Shown here: in pieces, positions 8,723-18,105 of the stretch
Numbering within the stretch: the stretch's first letter is position 1
How the letters are laid out: every line of letters starts with the position of its first letter
Source of the DNA: a virus
Reading direction: 5' to 3' (one strand)
IMG/VR virus record: IMGVR_UViG_3300020160_001428
Location: 1-64,000 of that record
Length of the DNA: 64,000 nt
Translations under genes and position numbers: made by a program
The notes under the pieces: generated by a model
The model's database searches: none
Seen by the model: only the letters and a program-made list of their open reading frames with translations
Told to the model about the DNA's origin: nothing

Positions 8723-10594
8723 TTAAACAGTTTCTTTAAACTCAGCATTAACAGTTTCTGGTTCACCTGTTTGTGGCTGAGGTTGTGCTTTGGCTTCCAT
8801 TAATGGCTGTGCCGCGGCAAACAAGTCACTGACTTTCTGCGTGATAGCTTCTTTGTCTGTGCCCTTGACTGCTTCGTCAACTTCTGTAGCGGCCGCTTCG
8901 ATAGCAGTTACTTGTTCAGCTGTTAACTTGTCTTTATGTTCTTCTAGATCCTTACGGACTTCGTGAACTTGTGCTTCTGCTCCATTACGTGCAGTCACTA
9001 GTTCCACAGTCTTCTTATCTTCTTCGGCATTGGCTTCGGCATCTTGTACCATCTGTTGGATCTCTGCATCGCTTAGTCCACTGTTGGCTTTGATAGTGAT
9101 CTTATTTTCTTTGCCAGTGTTTTTATCCTTGGCACTTACGTTAAGAATACCGTTTGCGTCGATATCAAGTGTGACTTCAATCTGTGGAGCGCCACGGCGA
9201 GCAGGTGCAATACCTTCTAAGTTAAACTCGCCTAGTAGTTTGTTGTACTGTGCAAGTTCACGTTCACCTTGGCTAACTTTAATAGTTACCGCAGGTTGGT
9301 TATCTTCTGCTGTTGAAAACACTTGACTGTGCTTGGTTGGGATAGTTGTGTTCTTTTGAATCAACTTGGCGAACACTCCGCCCATTGTTTCAATGCCTAA
9401 TGATAGAGGTGTTACGTCAAGCAACAGCACGTCATTACGGTCACCTGCTAGCACAGCACCTTGAATGGCCGCACCCGCCGCAACTGCTTCGTCTGGGTTG
9501 ACATCTTTACGTGGAGCCTTACCGAATAGTTTCTCTACTGTTTCCTGTACTTTAGGCATACGTGTCATACCACCAACAAGAATAACTTCGTCGATGTCTG
9601 CAATGCTAACACCTGCATCTTTAATAGCAGTTTGGCATGGGCCAACTGAACGCTGAATCAGTTCTTCAACTAGACTTTCTAGTTTACTGCGGCTGATAGT
9701 AATGTTCATGTGTTTTGGGCCACTTGCATCTGCTGTGATGTATGGCAAGTTAACACTAGTACTGGCACTGCTTGACAGTTCAATCTTGGCTTTTTCAGCG
9801 GCTTCTTTTAGACGTTGTAGAGAAAGGATGTCATTCTTAAGATCAACTCCACTTTCTTTCTTGAACTCATCTACTAAAAAGTCCATGATGCGTTGATCAA
9901 AGTCTTCACCACCTAGAAATGTATCTCCGTTAGTGCTCAGTACTTCGATTTGTTTATCGCCTTCCACATTTGCAATTTCAATGATTGATACGTCGAATGT
10001 ACCACCACCAAGATCGTAAACAGCAATTTTCCTGTCTCTTTTATCAGCTTTATCAACACCATAAGCAAGAGCTGCCGCAGTAGGCTCGTTAATAATACGA
10101 AGTACTTCCAAGCCTGCGATTTTTCCAGCGTCTTTAGTAGCCTGTCTTTGGCTGTCGTTAAAGTAAGCCGGTACTGTGATAACTGCTTGAGTAACTGTTG
10201 TACCAAGATAATCCTCCGCTGTCTTTTTCATTTTACGTAGCACTTCTGCAGAAATCTGTGGAGGTGCTAGTTTGTCGCCATTTACTTCAACCCATGCATC
10301 ACCGTTGTCGGCTTTGACAATAGAATAAGGCATCAAGTCGATGTCTTTTTGCACAGCCTGTTCATCAAACTTACGTCCAATTAAACGCTTTGCCGCATAG
10401 ATTGTATTTTTGGGATTTGTTACTGCTTGACGCTTTGCGCTTGCGCCTACTAGGATTTCGTTGTTAGCGTATGCAACAATACTAGGTGTAGTACGTGCGC
10501 CTTCGCTGTTTTCGATTACCTTTGTGACTCCATTTTCAATAATGGATACGCATGAATTTGTTGTACCTAAATCGATACCGATGACTTTGCTCAT
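8723..10594 (-). CDS. dnaK: Chaperone DnaK (Hsp70)
   Basis: [33 protein letters not shown]; full length. Confidence 0.98.
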   Translation of the reverse strand: MSKVIGIDLGTTNSCVSIIENGVTKVIENSEGARTTPSIVAYANNEILVGASAKRQAVTNPKNTIYAAKRLIGRKFDEQAVQKDIDLMPYSIVKADNGDAWVEVNGDKLAPPQISAEVLRKMKKTAEDYLGTTVTQAVITVPAYFNDSQRQATKDAGKIAGLEVLRIINEPTAAALAYGVDKADKRDRKIAVYDLGGGTFDVSIIEIANVEGDKQIEVLSTNGDTFLGGEDFDQRIMDFLVDEFKKESGVDLKNDILSLQRLKEAAEKAKIELSSSASTSVNLPYITADASGPKHMNITISRSKLESLVEELIQRSVGPCQTAIKDAGVSIADIDEVILVGGMTRMPKVQETVEKLFGKAPRKDVNPDEAVAAGAAIQGAVLAGDRNDVLLLDVTPLSLGIETMGGVFAKLIQKNTTIPTKHSQVFSTAEDNQPAVTIKVSQGERELAQYNKLLGEFNLEGIAPARRGAPQIEVTLDIDANGILNVSAKDKNTGKENKITIKANSGLSDAEIQQMVQDAEANAEEDKKTVELVTARNGAEAQVHEVRKDLEEHKDKLTAEQVTAIEAAATEVDEAVKGTDKEAITQKVSDLFAAAQPLMEAKAQPQPQTGEPETVNAEFKETV

Positions 10595-10672
10595 AATATT
10601 CTCCTTAAATTAAGCAAGATTTAGTTTGGGCGCCATGCCCGTTTGTAGAACCCTCTACGGCATCCTACAAAT
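10595..10672 (-). promoter_or_regulatory. ROSE-like RNA thermometer in the dnaK 5' UTR
   Basis: mRNA CUUGCUU-AAUUU-AAGGAG, near-identical to the hsp20 leader, with two upstream hairpins. Confidence 0.6.
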
Positions 10673-10681
10673 TTATTTATC

Positions 10682-10966
10682 TCAGTGTGTCTCGAGATTT
10701 TCAATATTTGACCATAACTTTAGCTTCTCAATCTTAGCTACTTGTGCGGCTTCAATATTTGTCCAGCTAACAATATCCATACGTTGTAGGATGTCAATCA
10801 TTGCTAGCATGTCGCCTAGTTCTTCTTCTAGGTGTTGTCTGTTAGTTTTAGGTTTTCCGGGTTTAAAATTATCAAGTCCAAAACGGCTAATCTTACTAAC
10901 AGCTTGAATAACTTCTGCACATTCTTCTTGGAGAATGTCCATTACTTCTTTTTCTTGATGATTCAT
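10682..10966 (-). CDS. MazG-like nucleotide pyrophosphohydrolase
   Basis: LQEECAEVIQA...LEEELGDMLAM (EExxE / EExxD); start placed at MNHQEK. Confidence 0.75.
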   Translation of the reverse strand: MNHQEKEVMDILQEECAEVIQAVSKISRFGLDNFKPGKPKTNRQHLEEELGDMLAMIDILQRMDIVSWTNIEAAQVAKIEKLKLWSNIENLETH

Positions 10967-10967
10967 A

Positions 10968-11210
10968 TTAATACATTTTCTTAGGAAGTGCTTGTTTAGC
11001 CAACTCTTTTTGCCAACGATTCTTTGCGGCAGATTTTTTACGTTTGCGCTCAGTAGTTGGTTTTTCATAAAATTCACGAGCACGTAGATCGTTTAGTAAT
11101 CCACTGTCTTGTACTTTCTTTTTAAACTTACGCAATGCCCGTTCAATAGGCTCTCCGTCTTTTACAAAAACCGTATTACCTATAAACTTATTGTACTGAT
11201 TCTCTCTCAT
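10968..11210 (-). CDS. rpsU: Ribosomal protein bS21
   Basis: [18 protein letters not shown]...[19 protein letters not shown]. Confidence 0.9.
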   Translation of the reverse strand: MRENQYNKFIGNTVFVKDGEPIERALRKFKKKVQDSGLLNDLRAREFYEKPTTERKRKKSAAKNRWQKELAKQALPKKMY

Positions 11211-11577
11211 TTGAGTCCTTTTTTATATTTGGAAAATCAAAAAATCTATTTTGATTTAACAAGTCCCATTGCACCTGCATGTGCTCACACTTATAATATG
11301 TATTAGGTAGAGTCAAAAGGTAGCCTAGAAAGTGGCTAACATTAGACCCGCAGTTATCAATGTCTATGATAATAACGTCAGTCATCCTTGCAGTAATCAG
11401 TAACCATTTAATATCCGTTTCATTACTGAACAAATAGATATTGACTGCATCATCGTGTGTAGCTAGGTAATCTTCTAGAGATTTCTTTAGCTCTGTGCTA
11501 GGACATACTAACAACATTGATTCTGTTTGATCAAATATCAAATCAGGTGGTGTGATTATTTTTATGCTATTCTGCAT
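11188..11577 (-). CDS. Hypothetical protein
   Basis: 129 aa ORF tightly packed in the operon. Confidence 0.6.
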   Translation of the reverse strand: MQNSIKIITPPDLIFDQTESMLLVCPSTELKKSLEDYLATHDDAVNIYLFSNETDIKWLLITARMTDVIIIDIDNCGSNVSHFLGYLLTLPNTYYKCEHMQVQWDLLNQNRFFDFPNIKKDSNERESVQ

Positions 11578-11643
11578 TTAATTTTTTATCTTGGATTCGT
11601 TGCCAAAGTGTTCGTTCACTTTGCTCGCTATTTTGAACATAGT

Positions 11644-13077
11644 CTATTCCACTATCTTCTTGACTTGTTGATTGTCTTCCTTGACTATGTAGGTCTTTTT
11701 TTTAGATTCTTCTACCTGAGCAAGTATCTGAAGTAGTGCGTCAGTATCTGAAGTCTCTGTATTAACCCATTGGTCGCCGTTAAAGATGTACTCTCTAGAT
11801 TCTTCAGTTGTCGACAGTTTTTTAAATTCATCTCCAGCCACTGGATTCTCTGGAAACTCATATCCTTCAAGAAGATTTACTTCTTCGCCGTTGCCGTCTA
11901 TATATGTTTCGCCTGTGGCTAGACGCTCTTGTAATGTAGACTCTTTTTCCTTAGCAACTTCAGCTTCTGCGGCTTCAATCATCTTGTTCCATGCGTCGAT
12001 ATCAGCGACTGGCATTGTGCTGTCTACAGTTTCAACTAGTATTGGATCCGCTTTTGGAAAATCAATTGGATTATCTGTGTTGGTTACGTGGTAACCTGGA
12101 AAAGGCCATTCTGCTTTTATTTCTGGAAGTAGTTCGCTCTTGGTAATAACTTCTCCATTGGGCAACTCATCCTTGGCGATTTCTTTTATCTGCTCAATTT
12201 GTGCATCAGTCAATGGACCGTCATCTTGCTCGTATGCAGGATCGTTACTAGATTCTGTGACAGTGGTTGACGGGGAGACTATATCAACAACCGGACCTAC
12301 TGGGCTGTCACCCTCCGCATTTTCTTTCCTCCAGCCCCAAGTCATTTGGCTCGCTAACAACATTAGCACAGCAAGTGGGTCGAATACTGCTACAATGACC
12401 ATGATAACCCATGTCACTGCTTTTTCTAAAAGATTGGCATCTGGATTATCGCCGTAGATTAGTGCGGCAATATATTTTATAGGCCCAACCTCTGCCTCAA
12501 CTTTACGGACTTCGGCCGCGATGGGCGCCCGTTCTTCGTTAAGTGTTGAGATTCTTTTTTGGCTTTCTGCAATGTCTTGAGCGATGCGACTACGTTCTTT
12601 CTGCTGGGCTCTTCGAATGGTAACGGCTTTTTCCGCGCCCTTTTCGTCTTGACTGCGACCCATAACTTGATCCACAGCCTCATCCATCTGTTTGAGTGCT
12701 TTGCGATTAGCATCTATGTTCTCTTTTTCTGTTTTAATTTTTTCATCATATATGGCAATCTTACCTTGAACATCGCCACTGACAATATTTTGATCTAAGT
12801 GTGCCTTTGATAGGAATCCAAAGATACCCATAGAGGTAATAACCATTAATACAACAACGGCTATGCTCATGTAGGCTTTCATTAGCTTTGGTATGCGGGT
12901 CCAATATGCTTTTAACCAACTTGCGGCCACTAGTTTAGATACTTCTAAAGTAGTACCCATAACGACAATAGGCCAAAATGCGGCCGCAAATATTGACGTT
13001 AGTCCTATCACTGAATAATAGATTGCTACCGCACTTAATGTTAATCCTGAGAGAGCTAGTAAAATTGAAAATGTCAT
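11644..13077 (-). CDS. Membrane protein with coiled coil and acidic tail; possible -1 frameshift extension to 11567
   Basis: Three N-terminal TM helices, coiled coil, TM ending FDPLAVLML; slippery A AAA AAG at 11701-11695. Confidence 0.7.
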   Translation of the reverse strand: MTFSILLALSGLTLSAVAIYYSVIGLTSIFAAAFWPIVVMGTTLEVSKLVAASWLKAYWTRIPKLMKAYMSIAVVVLMVITSMGIFGFLSKAHLDQNIVSGDVQGKIAIYDEKIKTEKENIDANRKALKQMDEAVDQVMGRSQDEKGAEKAVTIRRAQQKERSRIAQDIAESQKRISTLNEERAPIAAEVRKVEAEVGPIKYIAALIYGDNPDANLLEKAVTWVIMVIVAVFDPLAVLMLLASQMTWGWRKENAEGDSPVGPVVDIVSPSTTVTESSNDPAYEQDDGPLTDAQIEQIKEIAKDELPNGEVITKSELLPEIKAEWPFPGYHVTNTDNPIDFPKADPILVETVDSTMPVADIDAWNKMIEAAEAEVAKEKESTLQERLATGETYIDGNGEEVNLLEGYEFPENPVAGDEFKKLSTTEESREYIFNGDQWVNTETSDTDALLQILAQVEESKKKTYIVKEDNQQVKKIVE

Positions 13078-13086
13078 AAGTAGTAT

Positions 13087-13509
13087 TTATCGCTCACTGA
13101 ATGTCCAAAACTTACTATCTATTGTTTTGCAGGCCCATTCAGTGTAGTCCCTTATGGTATTGTCTTTTTCTACTTGTGTAAACAACATGCGACAATATCC
13201 GCCTTGTACAGGTTTAGTCATTACTACTTTTACACGCCCTGCGGTAGCATTAGACGGGTTAGTCCACTCTGCTACTGCGCCAGTTTCTAAATGGCTTGCC
13301 GCAAAAATAACAGTTTTGATATGTTGTTTTCGATCTTCACTAGATAATGAGCCACTGGCCTGTTTATATATATTGCCAAGTATAGCAATAAAATTTGCAG
13401 GTTCGTTATAGTCAGTTCTAACGCCAGCAGTTGCACTCAAAGGTATAGTAGTAACAGCATGGGCTGTACTAACGGAAAGTATTAGAGTCAACAACAGTAA
13501 ACGTGCCAT
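13087..13509 (-). CDS. 17-kDa surface-antigen-like secreted protein
   Basis: Signal peptide MARLLLL; W-x-NP...G-x-V...YCR...ACK pattern. Confidence 0.55.
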   Translation of the reverse strand: MARLLLLTLILSVSTAHAVTTIPLSATAGVRTDYNEPANFIAILGNIYKQASGSLSSEDRKQHIKTVIFAASHLETGAVAEWTNPSNATAGRVKVVMTKPVQGGYCRMLFTQVEKDNTIRDYTEWACKTIDSKFWTFSER

Positions 13510-13798
13510 TGTGTTTCTTACAAACATACAATTTCTCCCGGACAGTTCGTCCACCTAAATTCATTGTGATATAGCTTTCAGTACAATCTTTGGCGATGCC
13601 CATTTTTGCCGGAACATACTGTTCTACCGGATCATCTGAGCATTTAACTGTAGTAGTGCTATTAACAGATTCTTTGTTTACAGTCTGCACAGTCTGACTA
13701 GTGTAGCAATATTGGTTACTGCCTATCCTAGTAGACTGTGGCACACTTGAGCACCCTACTAAAAAGACCACTGCTATTAATGTAATAGCCTTGATCAT
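13469..13798 (-). CDS. Putative lipoprotein
   Basis: Lipobox LVGC after a hydrophobic stretch. Confidence 0.6.
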   Translation of the reverse strand: MIKAITLIAVVFLVGCSSVPQSTRIGSNQYCYTSQTVQTVNKESVNSTTTVKCSDDPVEQYVPAKMGIAKDCTESYITMNLGGRTVREKLYVCKKHNGTFTVVDSNTFR

Positions 13799-13799
13799 C

Positions 13800-14279
13800 T
13801 TAGTTACCTTTGGCTTCAGCAATCAACTGATCAAAGTCATTCTTTTGGATCTTCAAACGTACAAAGGTGTAGTGTTTCCCACTCATTGTAAACTGACCCA
13901 TATCACGTTGCAAGTGCTTGCGAATAGCAGTATCTGCAACTTTGTAACTGATCACAGTTTTGGTTGTCTTCTTGTCGTTGATGATAGCAATCTCAGTTTC
14001 TGAGTTGACTTTACCGTTAATGCGTTTGGCAAAGTTATTCATAGCCACAGCATACATCTGTTCTTCAGCGGCCTGCAAGTAAGCGGATTCGCCTGCGCCA
14101 CAAGCATACGCATATTCTTTTTCCCACCAGAACCAACCTTCAGTACCTGCCTGGGCACAGTTTTTGTACCAATCAGGTTGAGCAAACGTTTTGCGTTCCT
14201 CAATAGGGGACAACGAAGAACATGCAGTCAACGAAACGATGCCTGCTACCAAAAGTGCCTTAGTTAAAATGCCTGTCAT
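13800..14279 (-). CDS. Putative lipoprotein (LPP20-like)
   Basis: Lipobox LTAC; QPDWY motif. Confidence 0.6.
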   Translation of the reverse strand: MTGILTKALLVAGIVSLTACSSLSPIEERKTFAQPDWYKNCAQAGTEGWFWWEKEYAYACGAGESAYLQAAEEQMYAVAMNNFAKRINGKVNSETEIAIINDKKTTKTVISYKVADTAIRKHLQRDMGQFTMSGKHYTFVRLKIQKNDFDQLIAEAKGN

Positions 14280-14326
14280 ATAAGCCTCATGTGTGTGTTA
14301 AAAAATATAGTTTTCACTATGTACAT

Positions 14327-14355
14327 AGTATAACACCTCCCGAAGGAGGTGTCAA
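14327..14355 (-). promoter_or_regulatory. Sigma70-type promoter overlapping a UUCG hairpin
   Basis: TTGACA-17 nt-TATACT; ACACCTCC-TTCG-GGAGGTGT inverted repeat covers the spacer. Confidence 0.7.
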
Positions 14356-14375
14356 GTGCTTTTGGCTATTCAAAT

Positions 14376-14699
14376 TTATTTGATAAAGATCAGCGCCATT
14401 AAAGTGGCCTGTAGCGCAAAGCCCAAACCAATAGTAATGATATTGAGCATATCTTTGTTCAAAATGGCTTTGATGAACAGTAATACTAGAGCTGTCCAAA
14501 CCATAAGAATGATATCCACTCCCGGCATTTTGTCAGTTAGCCCTTTCATCACAGCAATCCAAGTTGGGACTGTTGCACAATGCAAAACTAGCACGGCTAC
14601 CCAACCGATTGCTTCTGCACTGATATGGCTAAACTGCTCTGCAAAGAATGTTTTCATTCCTGTTACAAACTTATCAAACTGTACTAAAAACTTTTCCAT
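14376..14699 (-). CDS. Small three-TM membrane protein
   Basis: Three hydrophobic segments; weak resemblance to SemiSWEET/PQ-loop proteins; follows the cell wall hydrolase. Confidence 0.55.
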   Translation of the reverse strand: MEKFLVQFDKFVTGMKTFFAEQFSHISAEAIGWVAVLVLHCATVPTWIAVMKGLTDKMPGVDIILMVWTALVLLFIKAILNKDMLNIITIGLGFALQATLMALIFIK

Positions 14700-14701
14700 A
14701 A

Positions 14702-15244
14702 TCAAAGATCCCTATAAAATATGTGACGACCAATTTGTCCAATCTTTGGTTTGCCCCATCTTGGATTTACATAATCTGCATGATAGTACATGGCATTTTT
14801 TAGGATGTCAAGTCTAAATCCTTCTAGCAGAACTTTTTTGGCTACTTCATAGCTCTCTTTATAAGCTGGTCCGTTCACTGGTCTTAGTTTGACTGCGCTA
14901 TCGCAGTACCAACTGAACTGACAAACTACTTTTTCCATAAAGATGTTCTTTTGGAAGACAACTCCACAAACATCACTTGGAAATCTTGAATCACTGGCAC
15001 GGTTCATAGTTACCTGTGCTACAGCTACCTTACCTTCAAAGGGCTCGTGACCCGCTTCATGGTATATATTACGAGCAAGACAGTCTAGCTGACGCTCTCG
15101 ATCTTTAATAGTGACTACATCGTTAGTGACAAATAATGCCGTTTGATCTAACTTAGCCAATTTGGTCTGTGTAATAGTCTGCACAAAAATAGCAGTCAAC
15201 AACAAACTCAAACCTAGTACAAACATACGTATGGATTTTTCCAT
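14702..15244 (-). CDS. SleB/Hydrolase_2-family cell wall hydrolase
   Basis: CLARNIYHEAGHE, VAVAQVTMNR, CQFSW, YYHADYVNPRW, IGRHIFY. Confidence 0.9.
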   Translation of the reverse strand: MEKSIRMFVLGLSLLLTAIFVQTITQTKLAKLDQTALFVTNDVVTIKDRERQLDCLARNIYHEAGHEPFEGKVAVAQVTMNRASDSRFPSDVCGVVFQKNIFMEKVVCQFSWYCDSAVKLRPVNGPAYKESYEVAKKVLLEGFRLDILKNAMYYHADYVNPRWGKPKIGQIGRHIFYRDL

Positions 15245-15377
15245 AAGTTTCTCCTTTTAGTTAATGCGCCAAAAGCAATAGCACATAGGAAGTTAAAAAA
15301 CTATAAAACTTCCTGTTCCCAAAAAATTCATAACTTTTCTTGGGCGGGTTAAGTAGTTAGCTCAGAATCCCACTGAG

Positions 15378-15773
15378 TTATCTACGCATTTTGCTGATAT
15401 CAATGGCTTCCTCGTCTGAGAAAACAGGCACTGCATTGCTTTTATGCATGGTTGCAATACCCTTTACTTTGGTACCAGTATAAACCTTGGCTGGTTTAAG
15501 GGTAGCATTACCCAGACCAGTATCTACACTTTTAATATGGGCAGTAGTATTACGCCCTTGAGGAATAGTTAACGAGTATTTGGTGCTCAATAGCTCTGTT
15601 GATGCCATTGCTCGTTTACGTTTCTTTTCCTCTAACTCTATACCTTGCCTTTTGAGCAGGTCTTTCCACGATTCATCCAATTGTTCTGCCTTTCGTTTTG
15701 CCTCGGCTGAAGCAAACTTCTTTTTGCCTTTCTTTTTGCCTGTGGTACTTAGCCACGGACCTTCCAAATGCAT
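15378..15773 (-). CDS. Basic hypothetical phage protein
   Basis: Lys-rich ORF ending GIATMHKSNAVPVF; SD GGAG upstream. Confidence 0.6.
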   Translation of the reverse strand: MHLEGPWLSTTGKKKGKKKFASAEAKRKAEQLDESWKDLLKRQGIELEEKKRKRAMASTELLSTKYSLTIPQGRNTTAHIKSVDTGLGNATLKPAKVYTGTKVKGIATMHKSNAVPVFSDEEAIDISKMRR

Positions 15774-15812
15774 ACTCAAAATATTTCTCCAAAAGTTAAA
15801 CACATAAGCACT

Positions 15813-15841
15813 ATTATATAGGCTTTTTACTAACTTGTCAA
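15813..15841 (-). promoter_or_regulatory. Consensus sigma70 promoter
   Basis: TTGACA-17 nt-TATAAT, perfect match. Confidence 0.85.
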
Positions 15842-15851
15842 CTTTTTTGGT

Positions 15852-16172
15852 TTAGACGCGAAACGACTCACCACACCCGCAACGATCGCGTTCATTTGGG
15901 TTGGCAAATTCAAAACCCTCATTGAGTCCATTGCGAACCCAATCTACTTCTAGTCCTGATACATAGGCAAGACTCTTTGGATCAACGAATAACTTACAGC
16001 CCTTTGATTCAAAACATTCATCTTCTGGATTTACGTTATCAACATACTCGAGTACATAAGCCAATCCACTACATCCGGTGGTTCTTACGCCGACTCTCAA
16101 TCCGAGCCCTTTGCCCCTACGCTCTAACTGGCGTTGAACTTTTACTGCCGCGTGATCAGTTAACGATATCAT
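15852..16172 (-). CDS. iscA: Fe-S cluster assembly protein IscA
   Basis: TTGCSGLAY and CGCGESF motifs. Confidence 0.92.
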   Translation of the reverse strand: MISLTDHAAVKVQRQLERRGKGLGLRVGVRTTGCSGLAYVLEYVDNVNPEDECFESKGCKLFVDPKSLAYVSGLEVDWVRNGLNEGFEFANPNERDRCGCGESFRV

Positions 16173-16551
16173 GCTGTTTGGCCTTATAGTCTGCTACTGC
16201 GGCTTTTATTGCGTCTTCGGCAAGAATTGAACAATGGATCTTAACTGGCGGTAGGGCTAGTTCTTCGGCAATTTCGGAATTTTTAAGCTCACTGGCTTTG
16301 TCGATGTGCATACCCTTGACCCACTCTGTAACGAGGCTCGAGCTCGCGATAGCCGATCCGCAGCCATACGTTTTAAATTTTGCATCTGTAATAATACCTG
16401 TATCATTGTCCACCTTTATCTGTAATTTCATTACGTCTCCGCAAGCAGGAGCTCCGACCATACCTGTACCAATGCCGTCTTCATCTTTACCAAATGATCC
16501 CACATTACGCGGATTCTCATAGTGGTCTATTACTTTATCGCTGTATGCCAT
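16156..16551 (-). CDS. iscU: Fe-S scaffold protein IscU
   Basis: [43 protein letters not shown]. Confidence 0.96.
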   Translation of the reverse strand: MAYSDKVIDHYENPRNVGSFGKDEDGIGTGMVGAPACGDVMKLQIKVDNDTGIITDAKFKTYGCGSAIASSSLVTEWVKGMHIDKASELKNSEIAEELALPPVKIHCSILAEDAIKAAVADYKAKQHDIVN

Positions 16552-16552
16552 T

Positions 16553-17113
16553 TTATCTTCCTTGTAATCGGTCATTTACGACTGACCAATCGATAATTCG
16601 CCAAATATTTTCTAAATACTTGGCTTTATTTTGTTGATAGTCTAATGCCCACGCATGTTCCCATGCATCTATCAATAGAGCAATAGTCATGCCCTTTGTG
16701 TATTCGTGATTATGTATTGTATGTAACTTGCCACCTGGATCCATGTAAATCCAATTTGATCCTTGCGCGGCCATAAATTCTTTTTCTACTGCTTCTTTAA
16801 ACTTGTCAAAGCTACCATAGGCCGCATCGATAAGTTCTGCACTATCGCCTGCGGGCTTGTTTGCGGCTCTTGCAGGAGTAAGTCCTGCAAAGAACAAGTT
16901 ATGCAGTACTGCGCCGCCGTAGTTAAACTTTGAGTCACCTTCACCTTTATTGTATCTTTCAAAATACTTTGCGGCCAAACCGTCAAAGTGATAGTTAAGA
17001 GTTGCTTCACTCATAACAGGATCTAACTCGTTCTTATCAAACTTTAATTTGCTTTGAACTAGTTCTCTGCCGTCAGCATCCTCTTTAAGATACTTAATAA
17101 AGTGCATGGTCAT
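16553..17113 (-). CDS. Fe/Mn superoxide dismutase family protein
   Basis: TLNYH, HNLFF and DAWEHA metal ligands. Confidence 0.85.
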   Translation of the reverse strand: MTMHFIKYLKEDADGRELVQSKLKFDKNELDPVMSEATLNYHFDGLAAKYFERYNKGEGDSKFNYGGAVLHNLFFAGLTPARAANKPAGDSAELIDAAYGSFDKFKEAVEKEFMAAQGSNWIYMDPGGKLHTIHNHEYTKGMTIALLIDAWEHAWALDYQQNKAKYLENIWRIIDWSVVNDRLQGR

Positions 17114-17415
17114 ACTGAGAAGCTACTTCCACATCCGCACTTGGTCTGTGCATTTGGATTATCAATGCTAAAATTCGTACCCATTAGATCTTCAGTAAAG
17201 TCTAATGTAGCACCTTGGAGATACTGTGCGCTCATAGAGTCAACGATGACTTTTCCAAACTCAAAATCATCTTCATTTTTAGTTTGATCAAAGTCAAATG
17301 CATAGCTAAATCCGCTACAACCACCACCTTGAATAGCTATTCGTAGAAATGGCTCCTCATTTTCCACTAGAAGTTTTTCAATTTCTGCGTTTGCGTTTTC
17401 TGTAATTGTAATCAT
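17110..17415 (-). CDS. erpA: A-type Fe-S carrier (ErpA-like)
   Basis: GGGCSGFSY, DSMSAQYL, CGCGSSF. Confidence 0.85.
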   Translation of the reverse strand: MITITENANAEIEKLLVENEEPFLRIAIQGGGCSGFSYAFDFDQTKNEDDFEFGKVIVDSMSAQYLQGATLDFTEDLMGTNFSIDNPNAQTKCGCGSSFSV

Positions 17416-17435
17416 AATAAGTCTCCGTATTGTAT

Positions 17436-17600
17436 TTACCAGTGTCGAACCACACCTGCAATAATAAACAAGTTGGTAATAACGTAGCAGAGAACGATAG
17501 CAGTCCTAATAACTGCTATACGGTCTGCTTCGGCATCTGTTGTGCCTGATTTTTCACCTAGGGCTTTTGCCCAGAGTCGCCAAGTGTGTTTTGTAACCAC
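17436..17600 (-). CDS. Small membrane phage protein (54 aa)
   Basis: Not in the ORF track. GTG start; WRLWAKALGEKSG...EADRIAVIRT plus a TM segment ending RHW; fills the gap between genes. Confidence 0.6.
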   Translation of the reverse strand: MVTKHTWRLWAKALGEKSGTTDAEADRIAVIRTAIVLCYVITNLFIIAGVVRHW

Positions 17601-18070
17601 GGCTTACACGCCTCCCATGTGGTGTAGATATGCGATTTTCCGCCTGCGGCAATCCATTCGCTACAGTTGCTATGTCTGTCATCAATTAGGATATCGCCCG
17701 GTTTGCAATGACGATATTTGTCATGACTAAACGGTCCAAAGAATACAGGTATGCCTGGAAAGTGTTTGTTAGCCCACCAGCACTTGTCCCAACTTGCATA
17801 CTGTCCGCTGTAATCATGTGGTAATGCTGTTAGGAAGGTAACACGATCTGCTAGTCCTTTTGATACTGCTGATTTACAATAGTCAACTAGTTCGTGGGCA
17901 CCCGGTTTTAATGGCAAGTTTGCATAGAAACGCAAGTCTTCTTTGAGCTTATCCCAATCCGCTTGCGGTATGCGTTCGCCTGCACGATCATCCCAACGCA
18001 TTTTAAGTATTTCTTGTGCATGTGGTAACCAATCTGCTACTACATCATCCATGTCTAAATATATTTTCAT
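17558..18070 (-). CDS. HAD-family 5'(3')-deoxyribonucleotidase
   Basis: YLDMDDVVADW and LIDDR motifs. Confidence 0.8.
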   Translation of the reverse strand: MKIYLDMDDVVADWLPHAQEILKMRWDDRAGERIPQADWDKLKEDLRFYANLPLKPGAHELVDYCKSAVSKGLADRVTFLTALPHDYSGQYASWDKCWWANKHFPGIPVFFGPFSHDKYRHCKPGDILIDDRHSNCSEWIAAGGKSHIYTTWEACKPWLQNTLGDSGQKP

Positions 18071-18076
18071 AACTGT

Positions 18077-18105
18077 ATTATACAGTCTATATTTCTAGAT
18101 GTCAA
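18077..18105 (-). promoter_or_regulatory. Consensus sigma70 promoter, probably giving a leaderless mRNA
   Basis: TTGACA-17 nt-TATAAT, 6 nt before the ATG at 18070. Confidence 0.8.

Noticed and set aside
11205-11225. A AAA AAG heptamer near the end of ORF 11188..11577
   Set aside because: The -1 frame stops after three codons, and the AAGGA is better explained as the SD of rpsU
8723-17415. Bacterial chromosome origin, suggested by dnaK, iscU, iscA, rpsU and sod
   Set aside because: The usual operon partners (dnaJ, grpE, iscS, iscR, hscBA, dnaG) are missing, and the genes are interleaved with tail-fibre, PAAR and phage hypothetical genes
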